64,000 bases of DNA from an uncultured delta proteobacterium (GTDB lineage: Bacteria; Desulfobacterota; Desulfomonilia; UBA1062): positions 64,001 to 128,000 of the forward strand of contig CAWAUM010000003.1 in the NCBI GenBank assembly GCA_963785235.1. The letters run 5' to 3'. Positions 44,350 to 55,200 of this stretch are shown one piece after another. Under the pieces are notes generated by a model. That model was not told the DNA's origin and ran no database searches. It saw nothing but the letters and a program-made list of their open reading frames with translations. Position 1 is the first letter of the stretch, and each line of letters opens with the position of its first letter. Made by a program: the position numbers and the translations under genes.

Positions 44350-46464
44350 TCACTTTTTGAATATTCTTGCGAGAAGGATCTTCAGGAAAAGTCGTGCAGG
44401 GCGGATTTTTGCCTGCGTCTTCAAATGTTCTGAATAATCATCACTAGCCCGGGCACTGAGAACCCAAAGGTTGTATTTTTTACTGTATGGTATGGCCTGC
44501 TCGTCGGCATATTGGTATGGGTAAACGAGAACAGGGACATTGGATGTCCTATAGAGCCCTGAAAACATCCCGACAGAGGCCTTCAGTATGCTCCATGGAA
44601 GATCCGTCTTATCGGTTACTATGATCTTGATACTGTTGAGAAGTTCCGAAAGGTTTACTCCCATGTCCGACTCGTCTACGATCATATACGCCTTTGTCTT
44701 TCCATTATATTTCAAGACATGCGCCCTATATTTTCGTTTGAGTCCATATTTGCTGTAGAGGTCACTGATCGATCCTGTAGAATCAATTCGGCCATCGAGA
44801 CAGAAAGCATCGACCATAAGGCCGCCGGAGAGCTCTTTATAACTTGATCGCAGTTCGGCGATGTCTTTGGTGGAAGTCTCACTCAGAGTCCAATTCTCCG
44901 GCAGTGCTTTCTTGGTTGGCGTCAGCGGATGTGTGATATAAGCAAAACAATCCATTGAGCAACCCTGTGGATTTTTGTATTCTCTGCAGAATCCTCCGAA
45001 AAAGTGATCCGGGAATTTATTATCAGGCCGGAAGTAGAAGATCATGTAGTCCATGCCGATTGAAGGCATTCGATAAAAGCCATCAAAGTAGTTGAGTATA
45101 TGATTCAGTACAAACAGGCCGGTCCTTTTTGTTCCCATTGGTTTAGCCGCGAGGTGGTGAATCATCCAGGTCCGTTCGTAGGACTTGATTATGGACACAT
45201 GGCCATATATTGCGTCGTTCTCCCGGTAAGTAAAGTTGGCAAATATTTCAGGACTGCTGTGATAGAGCTTTTCGTAGGTTTTTTTATAATCTTCTTTATA
45301 CTGGCTGAAGCAAGAATACTTGTTGGGATAAATAAAACCTGACTCGAAGAAAAATCCCCAGAGGAGGTCCATGTTGACATCACGGGAGACATTTGCATGC
45401 CTGTCAATGGCGTTGCTGTACATGTCAAACAGCTGGTTATACGTTACTACGTCTGTGTCGTTAATTGCAAAGCCGTACTTAACTCTGTTTTTTTTCTGCG
45501 GGCTGGCATGCACGATTTGCGCAGAACATTTCATCTTGAACAGGCCGGGACGGGTAATCGTGACCGTGTCGATTATCATACCCGGGATCAGAAGAGAAGT
45601 ATCGGATTTTGCCTCCACGGAGAAACCGGAGGTTGTTATGTCAACCACATCAAAAGTGACCCGCTTTAAAGTGAACGGGTGATTGAAGATCACCTTGGGG
45701 CCTGGAGAAAAGATCATCCTGGGATTTCGGAATTTTTTCTGTTTGTAACGCTGCTGAGGAATGTTGAGAGGATTTACTACAAGTACGTTATTTCTCTCTT
45801 CGACACGGATAAGATTACCAAGGCCCGAGAAGATACGATCATCCCCTCTTGTGAGATGAATGGTGAATTCTTGTTCAGAACGTAGAGATGATATGACCTC
45901 AGCAATATTGTCCTTCAGGGAGATACGCAGCCCGGAAGGATTAAACTCCTCAAGCGATCCCTCTATTTCTCTATCCCCTTGCTTCAGCACAGCATCCACA
46001 AGATGACAGTAAAACCTCTTTGCATGACGTGCGTTGTATATTGTCCCGGATTTCCTGAGCTTCATCGTGATGGACTTTGAAGATACCCGGACAGGGTCCA
46101 CATTCATGATAATTATTGATTGTCCATTATCTATTACAAGCCCTTTAATCAAAAAGTTATCAAAACTCAGGTGTGATCCTTCGGGAAGTGTACAGATAAG
46201 CTCGTTAGCAATACAAGGACCCGGGAGCACCCAGAAGAGCAACTCCTCCTTGGTAAGAGGGTGGACCATCAGTACGAAAATCTGCTCGTCATTAAAATTG
46301 TGAAAATTAATGGTATTGATAATTTGTTTCTGGTCGATCCTTGATGAAGAGAACACGGACCGCTTCAGATTCGATCTCTTGAATTGTACGGCCTGTGGAT
46401 ATATTTTGGATAAAATCCCTGTTACATCCTTGATATCAGTAATGTTATGAACATCATTGTCCAT
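44350..46464 (-). CDS. Tandem PilZ-like domain protein with C-terminal GNAT-like region
   Basis: RHAKR...EFNPSG and RNPR...DITTSGFS PilZ-type motifs; C-terminal IYGHVS...WMIHHLAA...FYFRPDN; AGGGGG RBS before MDNDV. Confidence 0.7.
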   Translation of the reverse strand: MDNDVHNITDIKDVTGILSKIYPQAVQFKRSNLKRSVFSSSRIDQKQIINTINFHNFNDEQIFVLMVHPLTKEELLFWVLPGPCIANELICTLPEGSHLSFDNFLIKGLVIDNGQSIIIMNVDPVRVSSKSITMKLRKSGTIYNARHAKRFYCHLVDAVLKQGDREIEGSLEEFNPSGLRISLKDNIAEVISSLRSEQEFTIHLTRGDDRIFSGLGNLIRVEERNNVLVVNPLNIPQQRYKQKKFRNPRMIFSPGPKVIFNHPFTLKRVTFDVVDITTSGFSVEAKSDTSLLIPGMIIDTVTITRPGLFKMKCSAQIVHASPQKKNRVKYGFAINDTDVVTYNQLFDMYSNAIDRHANVSRDVNMDLLWGFFFESGFIYPNKYSCFSQYKEDYKKTYEKLYHSSPEIFANFTYRENDAIYGHVSIIKSYERTWMIHHLAAKPMGTKRTGLFVLNHILNYFDGFYRMPSIGMDYMIFYFRPDNKFPDHFFGGFCREYKNPQGCSMDCFAYITHPLTPTKKALPENWTLSETSTKDIAELRSSYKELSGGLMVDAFCLDGRIDSTGSISDLYSKYGLKRKYRAHVLKYNGKTKAYMIVDESDMGVNLSELLNSIKIIVTDKTDLPWSILKASVGMFSGLYRTSNVPVLVYPYQYADEQAIPYSKKYNLWVLSARASDDYSEHLKTQAKIRPARLFLKILLARIFKK

Positions 46465-46705
46465 ACAATTCCCCCTGTACATGTTCAAAATAAATCATCA
46501 ACTTTATCAAAAAGTAAAAGTGTTTCCTCTTAACTTGATACTATAAAACTAATAAAATATCTATGATTATCTCCACAAGTGAACATTCAAAAGAATAAAA
46601 AGAGACTAATTAATATAATGTATTCACGTTTTATTATATTTGAAATATCCATCTCAGTTATTTCTTACACAAGGGGATATTCCCCCTTAGCATTGTATAC
46701 TTTTT

Positions 46706-47521
46706 TTATTTTACCGGCTTCCTGCCTGTGCAGATTATAAGCGGCGTGTAGGTAAAACGCCTCGGATCGTGGAAGAAGTCATTAAAGTCTTTAAAAAAAC
46801 CTTCATAACCACCCGGATAGTCATCAAAGAGGGTTTTGGCCTTTACAGATGCCATCTCTACTTTCTTTATCCAATTAAAATCATCGCTTGACTGAAGATC
46901 TCCATAAATAAGGTGGTGGGGTATCAGGCTGACCTCGATATCTCGGAACCCGAGGTCATACAGGTACGTGTACATTTTCCTACCGACAAAGGCATCAAAA
47001 TTATATTTTGTCATCATTTTCTGCACTAATTTCTGAAGTATTGACTCCATCTCAGGCTTTATTGGGTAATGACTCAGGCAATTATAATCAAGGTCCAGGA
47101 GACACAGCCGGCCTAGTGGCTTCAGGCTTTCTGCAGCATTCCTGATAATATCAAGAGATCCCTCCAGGTAATACTCAAGTACAAAACGGATCCAGATAAA
47201 ATCAAAGGAACCCAGTTCGTCAAGGGGCTTCATAAGATCCATGCATCGAAACTCGATGCCGTCTTTGTTTCCGTAATGCTTATCTGCAAAATCAACCCTG
47301 TCCTGTGCGAAGTCTATACCTACTGCGGAACCGCCGGGCCGAACCATCTCATGAATAATGGAAGTTGTTTTTCCTGATCCGCAACCTGCATCAAGTACCC
47401 TTGCCCCGGGACCTATACCGCAAAGCTCGACCTGCCTTCGCACCGCATCGGGGTCTGTCTTGACGTCAAGCCTGAGGGCTTCCTCGGAATTCTCCATGAG
47501 ATATGCATCAGAACCGGACAT
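46706..47521 (-). CDS. Class I SAM-dependent methyltransferase
   Basis: EEALRL, VLDAGCGSG, AVGID, FDFIWIRFVLEY, LKPLGRL. Confidence 0.92.
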   Translation of the reverse strand: MSGSDAYLMENSEEALRLDVKTDPDAVRRQVELCGIGPGARVLDAGCGSGKTTSIIHEMVRPGGSAVGIDFAQDRVDFADKHYGNKDGIEFRCMDLMKPLDELGSFDFIWIRFVLEYYLEGSLDIIRNAAESLKPLGRLCLLDLDYNCLSHYPIKPEMESILQKLVQKMMTKYNFDAFVGRKMYTYLYDLGFRDIEVSLIPHHLIYGDLQSSDDFNWIKKVEMASVKAKTLFDDYPGGYEGFFKDFNDFFHDPRRFTYTPLIICTGRKPVK

Positions 47522-47624
47522 ATCCCCTCCTTATTTGCAGTGATTTGATTTATTGCAGAATATTAACCAAAATAGCTACATACCTTTATAAGAATCACCT
47601 TACTGTGTGGCTCACCCTTGCACA

Positions 47625-47993
47625 TCAGTCAACGACATCCTTAGATTTATCCCGTGCGCGTTTAGCCCTTTTGTTCTTCTGCTTCCGCACTCTATCGACT
47701 TCCCTTGCCTTGGCGCAGTGCCCTCCATGAAGAAGCTCATCTATCTTGTCCGCCAGGGTCCTTCTGGCAAAAAACCTGTTCATGGCCTGACTCCGGGCCT
47801 TCTGACACTTCACTTCAATGCCGGTAGGGGTATGCTTTAAGTATACACAAGAGGAGGTTTTGTTCACCTTCTGGCCCCCTTTGCCCTGAGAACGGATGAA
47901 CTTTTCTTCAATGTCCTTCTCTTGTATCCCGAGATCCTTCATGCGTTCTTCCAGGGCATGAATCTTTTCAGGGCTTATGTGCGAATCACCCAT
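47625..47993 (-). CDS. Peptide chain release factor-like protein (GGQ, ArfB-like)
   Basis: EEKFIRSQGKGGQKVNKTSSCVYLKH, RSQAMNR, basic tail. Confidence 0.88.
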   Translation of the reverse strand: MGDSHISPEKIHALEERMKDLGIQEKDIEEKFIRSQGKGGQKVNKTSSCVYLKHTPTGIEVKCQKARSQAMNRFFARRTLADKIDELLHGGHCAKAREVDRVRKQKNKRAKRARDKSKDVVD

Positions 47994-48046
47994 ATAATCA
48001 TGAAAAGAAGAAGAATTTCATGTACCACATACCTTTATCCTTGAAC

Positions 48047-48379
48047 TCAATGGAAATATAAAAGGTAGATGACCGAGAAAAGGATATATGCAACGCCGAT
48101 CAACAGGGTAACTGCCAATTTATCGTAAAATGAAAATGGGCCCAAGAGCCAATAGCGGCAGTGTGGACACTTAATGAACCACCTGCGCCGAACAACACCC
48201 CTGCAACGTGGGCAGTAAATTATCGTTCCCACCTCTCCGAGTTCCCTCACGCTGATGTTTCTCTTCAGTTCTTTATGAACATTCAGGCGCTCTCCACACT
48301 TACCGCACCGTATGTCAATGGGCTGGAAGTCATCCCACACCGTTTTTTTGCCGCAAGTCGGACACTTGACTATAAACAT
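48047..48379 (-). CDS. Hypothetical double zinc-ribbon protein with C-terminal TM
   Basis: Four CxxC motifs followed by a hydrophobic helix. Confidence 0.7.
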   Translation of the reverse strand: MFIVKCPTCGKKTVWDDFQPIDIRCGKCGERLNVHKELKRNISVRELGEVGTIIYCPRCRGVVRRRWFIKCPHCRYWLLGPFSFYDKLAVTLLIGVAYILFSVIYLLYFH

Positions 48380-48413
48380 GTATACAGATCTCCCCTATAT
48401 GTATAATAGCCCT

Positions 48414-49001
48414 TCATGATGAGGCCCACCTTCCCCCTTGTTTGACCAGAAACAGAATCGTTACAGCATCAGTTCCATAGTTGACTTCCATTGTAACATT
48501 TTTTCCAGCAGGCTTGAAGAAAAGATCAAGCGCCATGGCACTTGGAACATGAAGTTCTGTAGGCAGAGTGGCCTCATTAACCCTCAAAACCCCCCAAGTA
48601 TATACAACTTTCATTCCGCCCGGGATCTTTTGTTTATACAGGTACCTCTGTGAAGGCATATCACCGGCTATCAGACCTGATACCCCGCTCACCGGAAGCT
48701 TTATCATGTCCATCTCTCTACCCCATATGTCCTTGATTACAAGCCTATCCTCATGGATGTCGATTGTGTTGGAGGGCATACCACCCGGAAGGTAGGTCTG
48801 AATAATCCCTGTATTGCTGGAGGTGAGGTATATGGCGCCGTTCACGTTCATATCCTTACCCTGAATGTTTCCCTGTGCAACGAACTCGGCGCGGAATGGA
48901 TAGATCATTTGTGCCGGCACCTCCATTTGAGCGCAACCGGCAAGCAGGACCATACATGCAAGAATATGTGCAGAGAGCTTCATCTGAGGCCTCATATACA
49001 A
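48414..49001 (-). CDS. Hypothetical lipoprotein
   Basis: Lipobox LAGC after a hydrophobic stretch. Confidence 0.7.
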   Translation of the reverse strand: MYMRPQMKLSAHILACMVLLAGCAQMEVPAQMIYPFRAEFVAQGNIQGKDMNVNGAIYLTSSNTGIIQTYLPGGMPSNTIDIHEDRLVIKDIWGREMDMIKLPVSGVSGLIAGDMPSQRYLYKQKIPGGMKVVYTWGVLRVNEATLPTELHVPSAMALDLFFKPAGKNVTMEVNYGTDAVTILFLVKQGGRWASS

Positions 49002-49084
49002 GTTTGTGGCGATAATGGCAAGAATCGCCGTATGGAAAGAATCACTGTATTGACAAATGCGAAATCAAAACTAATTTCTACATT

Positions 49085-49543
49085 ATGATAAATAAAATAC
49101 TCATACCTACCGACTTCAGTATTTCTTCCCGGCATGCATTCAGTTTTGCAGTTGATCTGAACAAGCTTTTCAAGGCGAGGCTGTATCTTGTACATGTCCT
49201 GCAGGACTTTACCGAGTTCTCTGAATACACCCTCAGCGCCACCATCCTTCCTCAACTCTATCTTGAATTCGAACATAATGCATCAAACAAGCTTGAAGAG
49301 ATGGTTAGTGCCATCGTACCGGACGAAATGCACTGCGATACCTATATCCTCCATGGAATCCCCTTCTATGAGATCATCCAGTTCGCCCGAAATGAGCAGA
49401 CAGATCTCATCGTAGTAGGATCACATGGCCGCACAGGGCTCAAACACGTGCTTTTTGGAAACACGGCAGAAAAGATAGTCAAGAAGGCCCCATGCCCCGT
49501 GCTATCGGTAAGGCATCCGGATGCTGAATTCGAAATGCCCTGA
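49085..49543 (+). CDS. Universal stress protein
   Basis: KILIPTDFS, DLIVVGSHGRTG, FGNTAEKIVKKAPCPVL. Confidence 0.95.
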   Translation: MINKILIPTDFSISSRHAFSFAVDLNKLFKARLYLVHVLQDFTEFSEYTLSATILPQLYLEFEHNASNKLEEMVSAIVPDEMHCDTYILHGIPFYEIIQFARNEQTDLIVVGSHGRTGLKHVLFGNTAEKIVKKAPCPVLSVRHPDAEFEMP

Positions 49544-49561
49544 GCCACCTTTCATAACCCG

Positions 49562-49670
49562 CCAAACATTTTGTTTGAGAAGAAAAAACTGACCTGTTCA
49601 AATATGGCATCTCGGCTTCACCGAGATGCCATATTTGAACAGGCTAATTTTTGGTTTGCATCTCAGAGAT
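49562..49670. repeat. Intergenic hairpin element, short-loop copy B1
   Basis: Perfect 23-bp arms 49593..49615 and 49621..49643, CTTCA loop. Confidence 0.88.
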
Positions 49671-49708
49671 TCTTGAAGTTGTATGATTACCTGAATTCAG
49701 TCTATCGC

Positions 49709-50458
49709 TTATCGGATCGGGTTGATGGGGCCTTCCAGCAATCCTTCAACAAACTGTCTTACAAGGGGTTCCTTTGTCTTATTGAAGTCATCCGGCGACC
49801 CATGAAAAGCCACCTTCCCCTCATAGAGTATTGCCATGTTATCGGCCAGTTCAAAGGCGCCATGGATGTCATGGCTGATAACGAGGCTCGTTGCACCCGA
49901 CTTATCCTGGACACCTTTGATAAGAGCATTTATGGCGCTTGTCATTACCGGGTCAAGCCCTGTAGTGGGTTCATCAAAAAGCAAAACCTGCGGATTCATG
50001 GCAAGCGCCCGGGCAAGACCTACCCTTTTACGCATGCCGCCTGAAAGCTGGGCGGGCATTTTGGCCTCGATGCCTGCCAGACCTACCTCTTTGAGTAGTG
50101 CGGCCACCTCGGCTGCTATCTTGTCTTTATCAAGTTTCGTATGCATGGCAAAAGGAAACCCTACATTGTCTCCCACGGACATTGAATCGAACAAAGCCGA
50201 ATCCTGAAAGCATACACCGAATTTTTTCCTGATCTCGGTAAGATCCTCTTCATTCATGGCAACAATATCCTTGCCGTCAAAAAGGATCTGTCCGGAGTCG
50301 GGTTTCATGAGTCCGAGGATGAGTTTGAGCAAAACGCTCTTGCCGGTGCCGGTGGGGCCCATGATCACCGTTATCTTCCCTTCGGGGATATCGATATCAA
50401 GATTATCAAGTACCTTCTGTGTCTTGAATGTCTTACAAAGTGACCGGATCTCTATCAT
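49709..50458 (-). CDS. ABC transporter ATPase, MlaF/Mkl family
   Basis: GPTGTGKS, FQDSALFDSM, LSGGMRKRVGLARA, DEPTTGLDP. Confidence 0.88.
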   Translation of the reverse strand: MIEIRSLCKTFKTQKVLDNLDIDIPEGKITVIMGPTGTGKSVLLKLILGLMKPDSGQILFDGKDIVAMNEEDLTEIRKKFGVCFQDSALFDSMSVGDNVGFPFAMHTKLDKDKIAAEVAALLKEVGLAGIEAKMPAQLSGGMRKRVGLARALAMNPQVLLFDEPTTGLDPVMTSAINALIKGVQDKSGATSLVISHDIHGAFELADNMAILYEGKVAFHGSPDDFNKTKEPLVRQFVEGLLEGPINPIR

Positions 50459-51291
50459 GAACCACCCTTCCATAGCGTCTGGTAGAGATCAACCCTGCGG
50501 TGAGCACATAAGGGAAACTGTGCCCTGATCTTATGGATTTCAGCAAGATCCAGCTTCACGACCTGAACGGTCTCGTCTATGCCGGCATCAAGGAGTATCT
50601 CTCCCCAGGGGGAGGCTATCATGGAATGGCCCCAGGGGATATACTTCAGGTCCGGATTGTATGCCGGCTGAACCCCGATGACAAAGGCCTGCAACTCAAT
50701 GGCACGCATCCTGACCAGCATCTCCCAGTGGGCCTTGCCTGTTGCCTGGGAAAAGGCAGCGGGTATAAACAAGAGCCGGACATCCTTATCTGCAAGGAGT
50801 TGAGTGAGGGGGGTGAACCTGATGTCGTAACAAATGATCACCGATGCGTTCCCCCATGGGGTTTCAAAATGTGCAAGTGAGCTGCCGGGGACAATCACCT
50901 CTGATTCCTTCACCAAAGGACCACCCACAGGGGTACAATCAAAAAGGTGGATCTTGTCATGGTGATAGATGATCTCCCCATCAGGGCCTGCCACATATGC
51001 ACGGTTGTATAACCTCTTTCCCTGCGATTTCCAGGGCATGGAGCCGGTGACAATATAAATTTTTTTGCTAGCTGCTGTGGCCCTCATGACATCAAGGGCC
51101 TGTGAGCTGAATTGTGCAGCAGAGCGGATCGCCTTTGGTTCATAGGGCGTAAAGAACATCTCGGTAAACACAACGATGTCCGCACCCATATCCGCAGCCT
51201 TTACTGCCATGACCGAAGCTTTTTTGATGTTAAGCTCGAAATCGTATGTTAAAATGTTTTGGCAGATGCCTATGGATACCTGGTCAACCAT
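50455..51291 (-). CDS. Carbon-nitrogen hydrolase (Nit/omega-amidase-like)
   Basis: E-K-C triad: FTEMF, KIHLFD, ICYDIRF; TGKAHWEMLVRMRAIE. Confidence 0.9.
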   Translation of the reverse strand: MVDQVSIGICQNILTYDFELNIKKASVMAVKAADMGADIVVFTEMFFTPYEPKAIRSAAQFSSQALDVMRATAASKKIYIVTGSMPWKSQGKRLYNRAYVAGPDGEIIYHHDKIHLFDCTPVGGPLVKESEVIVPGSSLAHFETPWGNASVIICYDIRFTPLTQLLADKDVRLLFIPAAFSQATGKAHWEMLVRMRAIELQAFVIGVQPAYNPDLKYIPWGHSMIASPWGEILLDAGIDETVQVVKLDLAEIHKIRAQFPLCAHRRVDLYQTLWKGGS

Positions 51292-51525
51292 ACTGGATTT
51301 CAAGGCCCCCTCCGGCATATCATCTTGGATACGCACGAGAACTGACTTTACCGGTCAAGAAATTTGTATCGACAATGCATGAAGGAGTCAATTCTTTTAT
51401 CGGTTATGGCCGGCACAACAGATCTAATCAGTTACATCTCTTAAGTCGGTCTGCGCGAAAGAGGTAACCTTACAAAACGATTACGGCGTGTTGACAACAC
51501 GTCAAAAAGAAAAGGAGGAACATAC

Positions 51526-51822
51526 ATGAAGGGTATTGTTGTATTGGCAGTATTGCTCATCACATCAGTCATGGCCTTTCCGGCTTACACGGCAGATCAG
51601 GCGCAGGAACAAAGGACCAGGAACGCTTTCAAAATGATCCTGGAGCAGGCGGATACGAACAAGGATGGAAAACTTTCCATGACTGAATGCATGGCGATAT
51701 ACAAAGACAAAAACATGGCGGATAAGAACTGCACCTTCTGGGATATCAATAAGGACGGTATCATCACGGAAGACGAATATGTGAAGCAGGCATCGAGTCT
51801 GGGTAAGAAGAAAAAGAAATAG
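51526..51822 (+). CDS. Secreted EF-hand protein
   Basis: AGGAGG RBS, signal peptide, DTNKDGKLSMTE and DINKDGIITEDE loops. Confidence 0.85.
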   Translation: MKGIVVLAVLLITSVMAFPAYTADQAQEQRTRNAFKMILEQADTNKDGKLSMTECMAIYKDKNMADKNCTFWDINKDGIITEDEYVKQASSLGKKKKK

Positions 51823-51964
51823 TCCGGAATCGTTCTCCCACCCTGCTCGGGTGTACTTTGCGGAATAAGGGGAGTCCGGCCAGGGCTGCGACAGCAACTA
51901 GACATTCAATATCTTTTTTGCCGATATCCAAGGGGATGCGCTGAAGGACTACGCTGCTGCACTA

Positions 51965-52212
51965 AAGGAAAAAGGCGGCGACAATGACCCGCTCGATATC
52001 TGAGTGATAAGCGGGAGGCCGGTGGCCCATTCAGAGGTGATCCTGAACGCTCGTGTCGTGGGTGGGATACAGCAGATCGACAATGGGCTAGCCGATGACA
52101 AGATCATTGGTATCCTCGCCAACGATACCGTGTGGGACAAGGACAAAGACATCTCGGAACTGCCGGATATCTTTGTCGAGCGCATGAAGCATTCCTTCAG
52201 CACCTATAAACC
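51965..52212 (+). pseudogene. Internal fragment of a family I inorganic pyrophosphatase
   Basis: GDNDPLDI*VIS...ARVVGG...DDKII...FSTYK; in-frame TGA at 52001; both ends missing. Confidence 0.75.
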
Positions 52213-52235
52213 AGTAAAAGCTTGTTTCTGCTATC

Positions 52236-55200
52236 TTATCGATCATCCATGATTCCCTTGATTTTCTTAGATAATTCCAACATGGTGAACGGTTTCTGGA
52301 TGAATCCCTTGCAACCACTCTGCATGATCTCCTTTGCCTGACCATTGAGGCTGTACCCGCTCGACAGAAGTACACATACTTCCGGATTAATCCGTCTCAG
52401 ATCATCAAAAGTCTCTTTCCCGCTGTAATCGGGCATGATCATGTCGAGGATAACAAGATCAATATCACCCCGGCCTTTTTCATAAATCTGTATACCTTGT
52501 CTCCCGCCAGCCGCAATTATCACGTTATACCCGAGGCTTTCAACCATCTTAGAACCGATATCAAGGATCATTTCCTCGTCGTCGATGAGCAGTACGGTTC
52601 CCTGACCTGTCAGGATATCATCCTTGGATTTGTCTATATCCTCAATCTCTTTGTCCGAAGCTGGGAGATAGATTATAAAGGATGATCCAATTCCTTTTTC
52701 ACTCTCCACTGTGATAAGCCCACCATGATTCTTGACTATACCGTATACAGAGGCCAGACCGAGACCAGTCCCACGGCCACGCTCCTTTGTAGTGAAGAAT
52801 GGCTCGAAAATCCGTGCCTTGGTCGCCTCGTCCATTCCAGTGCCAGTATCGGTAACGATAACCTTTACAAAATTACCCGGTTTAATACCGTAGGGGCCTA
52901 CATCAATCTCATCAAGTTGGACATTTTCAACTGAGAGATAAAGGTCACCACCGCCTGTCATGGCCTGCCAGGCATTCACATACAGATTGAGGAGCACCTG
53001 CTCCATCTGTCCCCGGTCTACCTCCACTGTCCAAAGTCCTTCCTGGGCCTTTTGATGTATGCGAATCTCCTTCTTGGTCCTTCCGAACATCTCCGAGCTT
53101 TTCAGTATAAACTCGCCAAGATTGGTGGGTTTAACCTCATATTTTCCACCCCTGGCAAATCCGAGCAACTGCTTCGTGAGGTCAGAGCCGCGTTGCACAT
53201 ATTCCTCAACATTTTTCAGTCGCTCACGTAGCGGATTACCCTCATCCATTCTCATGAGGGCTAATGATACATTTCCAAGAATCCCTGTGAGGAGGTTGTT
53301 GAAGTCATGAGCAATTCCACCTGCCAGTGTCCCTATGGACTCCATCTTCTGGGCCTGGTTGAGCTGGTCTTCCAGCTTTTTATTCTCCTCTTCCGCTTTT
53401 TTTCGCTCTGTGATGTCCGTTACCATGGTTAGGAGATAATCTTCATGTGCGATTTGTATCTTTGTTGAGTTAAATAACCCGTATCCTATCTCTCCTTCTT
53501 TTATTCTCACCTGTAACTCAAGATTCTCAACACGCCCTTTCTCTGTAAGCTCCTTCAGCACGAGAGCTCTCTGCTCCGAATTAATGAAACCTACCCCTGT
53601 CGATGTATTCCCGATAACTGTATCTCTATCCTGGCCGATCCATTCCAGGAATGTCTCACTAACGTCAATATATCGACCTTCCTTGATCGTGCTTATTGCC
53701 ATGGGAATTGCATTTTGCAGGAAAGCCCTGGCGAATTTATCTACGTTCTTCTTGAGCGTCTCCTCTGCCTGCTTCCTCTCTGTGATGTCGTTGATGATTA
53801 CACCAAGAAGGGGCGATGTATCCGAGCGTTCGATACGGAACTTCCGCGTTTCGAAGACATGATCATTCCCTGCTTTGTCTCTCCATGTTTCCTCGTATTG
53901 TATATACCCCTCGGCAAGGGCCTTGTTGTCATTCTCTATCATGGAGACTGCGATGTCTGGCGGGAATGTATTTTCCGGGGTTTTCCCCAGCCACTCATCG
54001 GCGGGAAAGATATCTCCAAAAGGGCGGTTAAAATAGACAGGCCGCAGGTTGTGGTCTTTTATGATTACGAGACTGGGAGAATAATCCATGAAGGCCCGGA
54101 AGCTGGTATCGCTCTCCCTGAGGGCTTCCTCCGCCTGCTTTCGTGCAGAGATATCCCGAGTTACACCCATGATGCCTGTGGGCTCGCCATTCTCATTGTA
54201 GACGATGTTCATTGTAGCCTCTGTCCAGACAGTAGAACCATCTTTACGGATCATTTCGAGTTCAGATTTTAATGACCATTCAGGTCCATGGCGTTGTCCA
54301 CTGAATTCAAGCGTGAATTCCCTGTCGAGAGCCTCCTTGACCTTTTGATAGGATTCCGGTGCCAGGATTTGGTCGAGGCTCTGTTCCAATGCCTCTTCCA
54401 CGGTGTATCCTCTCAGCTGCAGTACAGACGGAGTCACATAGGTGTAGCCTAGGTTCAGGTCAAAGATCCAGATAACATCACGGGCATTTTCAGTAATAAA
54501 ACGATAGCGTTCTTCACTCTTCCGGAGAGCATCTTCGGCCTTCTTTCTTTCGGTGATGTCTCGGGTTATTCCTTTGAAACCAATTGGGTTACCCTGAGAA
54601 TCCCTGCGGAGAGAGACGGACGCTTCCACATTAATCTCATTGCCATCCTTATGTCTGAGTTTCCAATCAATCCCCTTTATTGTCTCTCCGGTGACATAGA
54701 CTTGGTTGAAAGCCTTGAACACCTTTTCAATGTTCTCCTTATCCATGGCTATTATGTAGCTTTTACCCATAATCTCATCTTTCGTATAACCATAGGTCCT
54801 TGTAATTGATGGGTTGAAAAATGTGAATTTCCCTTCCAGGTCCACCTCGTAATAAGCCTCCTCCATATCCTCAAGAATACCCCGATAGCGTTCCTCACTC
54901 CTGTGCAGAGCCTCTTCAGCCAACTTGCGTTCCGCAATCTCACTCTGTAGGGAGATATTTGTGCTCTGCAGAAGTTCGCTCTCGTGTGAGAGTTTATTGT
55001 GTAAGTCACGTTCAAGGAAAAATGAGGTGTTCAGCCTCTTTAAGAGTAAACTCACCGGTAAGCTTGCAACCAAGGAAATGACGGAGAGACTCACTACGAA
55101 AATAATCCAGTTAGTTGCTGGTTCCATGTATAACGGTGCCCACGATTGCAAGTTAGGGCCGATGAACACATACAGGACTATAAGAATTGCTGCATTGATC

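Noticed and set aside
52001-52003. In-frame TGA after DPLDI read as selenocysteine
   Set aside because: The gene lacks both ends and no SECIS-like hairpin was evident; a nonsense mutation is simpler.
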